Of a DNA stretch of 34,821 nucleotides, positions 31,508 to 34,821 are shown in pieces. Positions within the stretch are counted from its first letter, which is position 1. Each line of letters opens with the position of its first letter. The stretch comes from Octopus bimaculoides (lineage: Eukaryota), in the NCBI RefSeq assembly GCF_001194135.2, contig NC_069004.1, positions 27,499,211 to 27,534,031 of the forward strand, given 5' to 3'. The notes below the pieces were generated by a model. The model was not told the DNA's origin, ran no database searches, and saw only the letters and a program-made list of their open reading frames with translations. Position numbers and translations under genes: made by a program.

Positions 31508-32825
31508 CACTTATCTATCTATCGGCTTCTCTTTCTCCCCTTGTTATACTGAATAATTGGAAACATTTTCAGTTTACGCTCTGTTTGAGTCTTTAAAAGT
31601 ATTGTTTCATTATTATTTTCCACTTGTCCAAACTTCAGCTGGTGAATGCATCGGTGTGGTAACAAGTTCACAGTGATCTGTGTTTGCAACCTGGTTTCCA
31701 ATTTCATTTTTAACACTTCATTATTTACCATTACTAATGACAAGACAACCAGAGACACATGGTTGTCCCAGCATCACATTTTTCTCACTCTTATTAAAAT
31801 GAAAAAAAAAAAAAAGGACAGGCTAGATACTTTGTAAAAGTAATTTTTGTTATGGTTATTATTATTAATTGGATGCTTTTCATTATTGTCATTATTTACT
31901 GCATGGTTAGATTGTTAATGATCTTGGGTAAGATAGTGGGGTGTCTGTTTTAAGGTTTAAGAGAAATTATTGATGATTGTAAACTCCTTCCTGTAAACTT
32001 CTGCAAGAAAGCATCTTGTATTTTAATGGCTTAGTCACACGAGAGAGAGAAGAATAGTCACATGCCTACTCTTCCTTTCCACATGTGACCAAGCCATTAA
32101 AATACAGGATTCTAAGACAGGTAGAAAAGAATAGAAAGAAGTTGTCTTTAGACTAGAGACCTGGCCTGAATCCATCCAACAGAGTGGACTCTATTAAATT
32201 CTATCGAAAGGTCAGTGGTAGTGTTAAACTGGGTTTGATAAATCATACTGCTCCAGAACAGGAACAATTCTGATGACAGGCTTCTACACAGTTTCCATTT
32301 GCCAACTCATAACTATGCTTCCACATGTGTCGTGCATTTAAATTAGGAGTTAGCTGAAACAGAAATGTACATCTATCAAGTTGGTTCTGGAGAAATATTC
32401 CTGATAAGAAGGAAACGAAAGCAAGAGGGTTGAAGACTGTCATGGGGCCCAAAAGGTTAACTCGCTGCTTCAGCAGGGAAAATGGTCTTTACATATTTGT
32501 TATATTGTTAGGAGGAAGGGATTGGTAGTGCTGTTGCCAGGCGAATGACAATATACATAATTCAAGTTCTATGAATAACTTACCTGAAAATTACTCATTT
32601 TGATTGCAAATTGGGGTTAATAGTATTTGATATTGATTTCTATTAAAAGCTTAGTCAATTAATTTGTAATTTGTTCATATACAAATATGATATACAAACA
32701 ACAGAAAGTACATTCAGTAGAGTTTATTCATTTATTGTCAAAATTGAGGCTTCTTTCTGTTGCTACACTGAGTTACTGATAGATTGAAGTCTTGACTTCC
32801 AATAAATTAACTTCTTTTTCACAAA

Positions 32826-33190
32826 CTCAGGCAAAGCTGTGTGGTTAAGAAGTTTACTTCCCAACCACATGGTTTTAACTTAGGTTGCAATGTATGACAC
32901 CTCAGGCAAGTGTCTTGTATTGGCTCAGGTTGATCAAAGCCTTGATACTAGATTTAGTAGATGGGTATTGAAACTCATCATGTGTGTATGTGTTTCTATG
33001 ACTGCCTCAACCTATGAGTAGTCTTGTTGCTTCTTCTATCAACAAAACATCTACTCACCTGATACCTTCAAAGCCATAGAATAAATTTCTTACCTGAAAA
33101 GGAGGTAAAGGTTAGCAACAAGAAAGGCACCTGGCTGTAAAACACTGCCTCAATAGCACATTCATCTTACCCATGTAAGTATAGAAAACA
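32826..33190 (+). mobile_element. SINE family B2, decayed
   Basis: GCTGTGTGGTTAAGAAGTTTACTTCCCAACCACATGG head; 3' GGTTAGCAACAAGAAAGGCA..GCTGTAAAAC. Confidence 0.65.
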
Positions 33191-33214
33191 CACAAAACTA
33201 AATACATGTGTGTG

Positions 33215-33600
33215 GTTCTTTATGCAAGTGTCTTCCATCATAACCATGGATAGCCTTATGAATAAAATTAGGAAGGAAGAAAACTATGCAGAATCCTATG
33301 AAAAGGACTATTTGTGATTTAGTTTTAAGCTTTGTCATGTTGACTATCCTTGAGAAATTACATGGCAAATACATGTTTATGGAATATTCAGCCACTTAGC
33401 TGATATGATTCATTAAGTTGACACTTTCATTGATCAAACAGCTGGAACACTTCTTTGTCAAAATCGATCAGAGATCAATTATATTTAATACATTGTTTGG
33501 CAGAGAAGAGATGAATTTTTGTTTTTGTTGTTTAATCCAAAGTCAGTTCTGTGATGAAAAGCATTCCAGTCATAACCCGCTTGTCTTTTTCCTATGTGAA
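33215..33600 (-). mobile_element. Heavily decayed RTE-like reverse transcriptase fragment
   Basis: Ordered remnants RKRQAGY (cf. REEQAGF), KQCIKYN*SLIDFDK (cf. EQC.EWN..FIDFEKAFD) and a hydrophobic GFCI..FL..AIH segment (cf. QGCILSP.LF..AIDW). Confidence 0.45.
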
Positions 33601-33649
33601 GAGAACCCAGGACCACTTTATCCAAAACATGTCCTTTTCTATGATAGTT

Positions 33650-33903
33650 CTTTTCTTTTCTTTTCTTTCTTTTACTTGTTTCAGTCATTTGACTGCGGCC
33701 ATGCTGGAGCACCGCCTTTAGTCGAATCAAATCGCCCCCAGGACTTATTCTTTGTAAGCCTAGTACTTATTCTATCGGTCTCTTTTTTGCTGAACCGCTA
33801 ATTTACGGGGACATAAACACACCAGCATCGGTTGTCAAGCGATGTTGGGGAACAAACACAGACATACAAGCATATACACATACATACAAGCATATACACA
33901 TAC

Positions 33904-33948
<45 letters not shown>

Positions 33949-34227
33949 NNNNNNNNNNNNNNNNNNNNNNNNNNNNNNNNNNNNNNNNNNNNNNNNNNNN
34001 NNNNNNNNNNNNNNNNNNNNNNNNNNNNNNNNNNNNNNNNNNNNNNNNNNNNNNNNNNNNNNNNATATATACGACGGGCTTCTTTCAGTTTCCGTCTACC
34101 AAATCCACTCACAAGGCTTTGGTCGGCCCGAGGCTATAGTAGAAGACACTTGCCCAGGGTGCCATGCAATGGGACTGAACCCAGAACCATGAGGTTGGTA
34201 AGCAAGCTACTTACCACACAGCCACTC
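33650..34227 (-). mobile_element. SINE family B, best-preserved copy (116-N gap at 33949-34064 inside its microsatellite)
   Basis: CpG-rich and intact: GCCATGCTGGAGCACCGCC, GGTCGGCCCGAGGCTATAGTAGAAGACACTTGCCC; (TTTTC)n tail. Confidence 0.92.
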
Positions 34228-34619
34228 GTGTGATTTGAGGAAGATTTAGCTGCTGCTTGTAGCAGGTCAGGCAAAACCACATAGAGGCTTCCGATTTGGA
34301 TTGCGAATGCTCAGTCTGATATCTTTGGTAACATGTTTACTTTGTCAATAGGTCAATAATGGTAGCCTGCACCTGTTTACAGATCTATAACACTTAGTAT
34401 CACTTATATCTAATACATCACTATTAATTTACTCACACACACATGTGTCACTTGCAGTCAACTGTGTCACACACAGCTGTCACTTGAAAGTGAGTAAGGC
34501 ATGGTAACATGTACAATACATTTGCTAATTGCTTTAAGTGCCTATGTAATCATGAGCACACATGGGCGTCTCACCCCCCCCTTCCTTTACTCAACACAGC
34601 AGAACATTTAGGATGTGAC

Positions 34620-34787
34620 AGGGTAGACATGCTGCACCAGTACTTGGCTGGTACTCATTTTGATTGTGTAGATTATAGCAACATGAAATGAAGTACTTCA
34701 AGGACATGACATGTTATCTGATTCAGGAATTGAACCCATTAACTTTTGATCATTGGCCAAATATCCTAATCACTTGGCCTCATGCCT
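34620..34787 (-). mobile_element. SINE family D-like head, decayed
   Basis: AGCAACATGAAATGAAGT..CAAGGACA..GGAATTGAACCC..CCTAATCACTTGGCC. Confidence 0.5.
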
Positions 34788-34790
34788 TCA

Positions 34791-34821
<31 letters not shown>

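Noticed and set aside
32243-32452. Cys-rich ORF ending ELANGNCVEACHQNCSC
   Set aside because: The Cys-rich part is a family B SINE fragment (GGCAAATGGAAACTGTGTAGAAGCC).
33198-33395. Hydrophobic ORF resembling a GPCR transmembrane/loop segment (IVLFIGFCIVFFLPNFI..HTCI)
   Set aside because: It is bounded by stops, has no convincing splice sites, and lies colinear with upstream RTE RT motifs, so it is better explained as LINE decay.

Overview
AT-rich, repeat-saturated eukaryotic DNA with four N gaps, all at or near (TA)n/(CA)n microsatellites. The repeat families look like those of a coleoid cephalopod, most likely Octopus (inferred from recalled repeat sequences, not a database search). I cannot support any intact host protein-coding gene; the listed ORFs derive from microsatellites or repeats. 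The window is a mosaic of tRNA-derived SINEs (working labels A-D) and an RTE-tailed repeat (E). It also holds piggyBac-like and Tc1/mariner MITEs and decayed LINE pieces (RTE clade; R4/Dong clade in (TAA)n). The most notable element is a TSD-flanked Penelope-like insertion (3610-4186). Its terminal repeat joins a tRNA-like Pol III promoter to a minimal hammerhead-ribozyme motif directly after a GIY-YIG C-terminus. Two local templated duplications (one inverted, one direct) lie inside older SINEs.
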